The notes beneath the pieces were generated by a model. That model saw only the letters and a list, made by a program, of their open reading frames with translations. It did not search any database and was not told the DNA's origin. 64,000 nucleotides of DNA. It comes from Escherichia phage vB_Eco_F31. Below are positions 63,901 through 64,000 of the stretch, one piece after another. The translations under genes and the position numbers were made by a program. Location of the stretch: the sequence record OP870147.1. One strand, 5' to 3'. How positions within the stretch are numbered: the stretch's first letter is position 1; every line of letters starts with the position of its first letter.

Positions 63901-63999
63901 ATTGGTGCCCACTCTCATTCGGTAGCGATTGGTTCCCATGGACATACAATAACTGTAAATGCCACAGGAAATACAGAAAATACTGTTAAAAACGTTGCT
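60931..63999 (+). CDS. 37: long tail fibre distal subunit gp37 (receptor-recognising), 3' end outside window
   Basis: ATG at 60931; N-terminus [13 protein letters not shown] as T4 gp37; frame open to window end (>1023 codons); His-x-His repeats near the end. Confidence 0.9.
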   Translation, partial: MATLKQIQFKRSKVAGVNPTAAQLAEGELAINLKDRTLFTKDDLGNIISLGFAKGGDINGNVTQTGDYLQNGTYNLNGNQFVYAGKYIEFLPKTTGNGAWANQHSNKAPIFTDLSSTTSVSEYHPLIKQRYKDGTFSAGTLVNEGSFKFHYIDETGTSKYWTFNRNGNFQVDSGSLLVSNGYLVTQSNIETKAGSLIGPKVITKNINVSTKSWDTNIDTAYDLVSLPTWHYTPTETDLDTNGINYLRKFRGHVSSAIFHEVADARSGKPQNISYWTGRNAEVYQWSYTTDGRMSVANSIGIGLADVGDQGRYPLVSFGKGIAIGDNDTGIKWVRDGVIDLVANGISAGTILNNGINSTKKLMVGYSRDSGSTWDYPNNNQAMFTARTDVDGNNNGDGQTHIGYSSNAKMYHYFRGTGRMSVSMGDGLLVEPGILDIKTGSNSLNLRADGTIASVQTLKLNNGLYFNGDGTNASLVFKAASGIDGTKQIMWEGGTRAGQNKSYVTAKAWGNSFNATGDKSRETVFEVSDGHGYHFYSQRVAPAPGSTVGPIQFRVNGGLLTSGSIVTSGSITTESSLSVNNGMSVNGQAKFGGTADALRIWNAEYGAIFRRSETSLYIIPTPKDAGESGGISNLRPFYINLGDGQVSMDHVVDIGGGRFKVDTTGTTAGQRITVNMASDAIRINAPTQKSSNFIQGRKADVPKWYLGIGDGGNVVRMHSYTYSHGIALNSDSVDITKPLKVGNAQFGTDGNITGGTGNFANLNTTINNLKTDIVSSYPIGAPIPWPTDTPPEGYAIMEGQTFDAGLYPKLAAVYPSGSLPDMRGQTIKGKPSGRAVLSTEADGVKSHSHSASASSTDLGTKTTSSFDYGTKTTSSFDYGTKTSNTTGNHNHTVSGNTGSAGAHQHARSGPQIQGGVPQGGVPTSIFYDGYNSAGPNGNAKITGSVSGAPASSNMAKTSSDGAHTHSWSGTTSATGNHAHTVGIGAHTHTVGIGAHSHSVAIGSHGHTITVNATGNTENTVKNVA
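63496..63960 (+). repeat. short tandem peptide repeats in gp37 distal region ([10 protein letters not shown] x3; H-x-H-(T/S)-V-(G/A)-I-G-(A/S) x3-4)
   Basis: Seen in translation: [28 protein letters not shown] and [30 protein letters not shown]. Confidence 0.6.
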
Positions 64000-64000
64000 T

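Overview
This window reads as a contiguous segment of a T4-like (Tevenvirinae) myovirus genome; all identifications rest on reading the translations, on motifs, and on recalled T4 gene order and sizes, with no database search run. It runs from the 3' end of wac through the neck, terminase, sheath, tube, portal, prohead and capsid genes (13 to 24), then rnlB, hoc, inh, uvsW, uvsY, the baseplate hub block (25, 26, 51, 27, 28, 29, 48, 54), alt, DNA ligase (30), a minus-strand early block (30.x-like ORFs, rIII, 31, cd, pseT, spanins, alc, rnlA, denA, nrdB, nrdA, td, frd, 32, 59, 33, dsbA, rnh), and finally long tail fibre genes 34 to 37 (37 runs off the window). Packing is dense, with T4-style late (TATAAATA), early (GTTTAC-N17/18-TACTAT) and MotA-box middle promoter motifs and a recurring GGGAGAC-UUCG-GUCUCCC terminator hairpin. 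The most notable departures from T4 as I recall it are an intact DAHP synthase (AroG/F/H family) gene between cd and pseT, a NADAR/YbiA-like protein beside a HAD-like hydrolase near DNA ligase and Alt, a tandemly duplicated Ig-like domain in Hoc, intron-free td and nrdB, a small ORF where T4 has segD, and a 295-bp ORF-free intergenic region upstream of rIII. The track's listed starts are sometimes GTG/TTG; several were moved to an internal ATG with a better ribosome-binding site.
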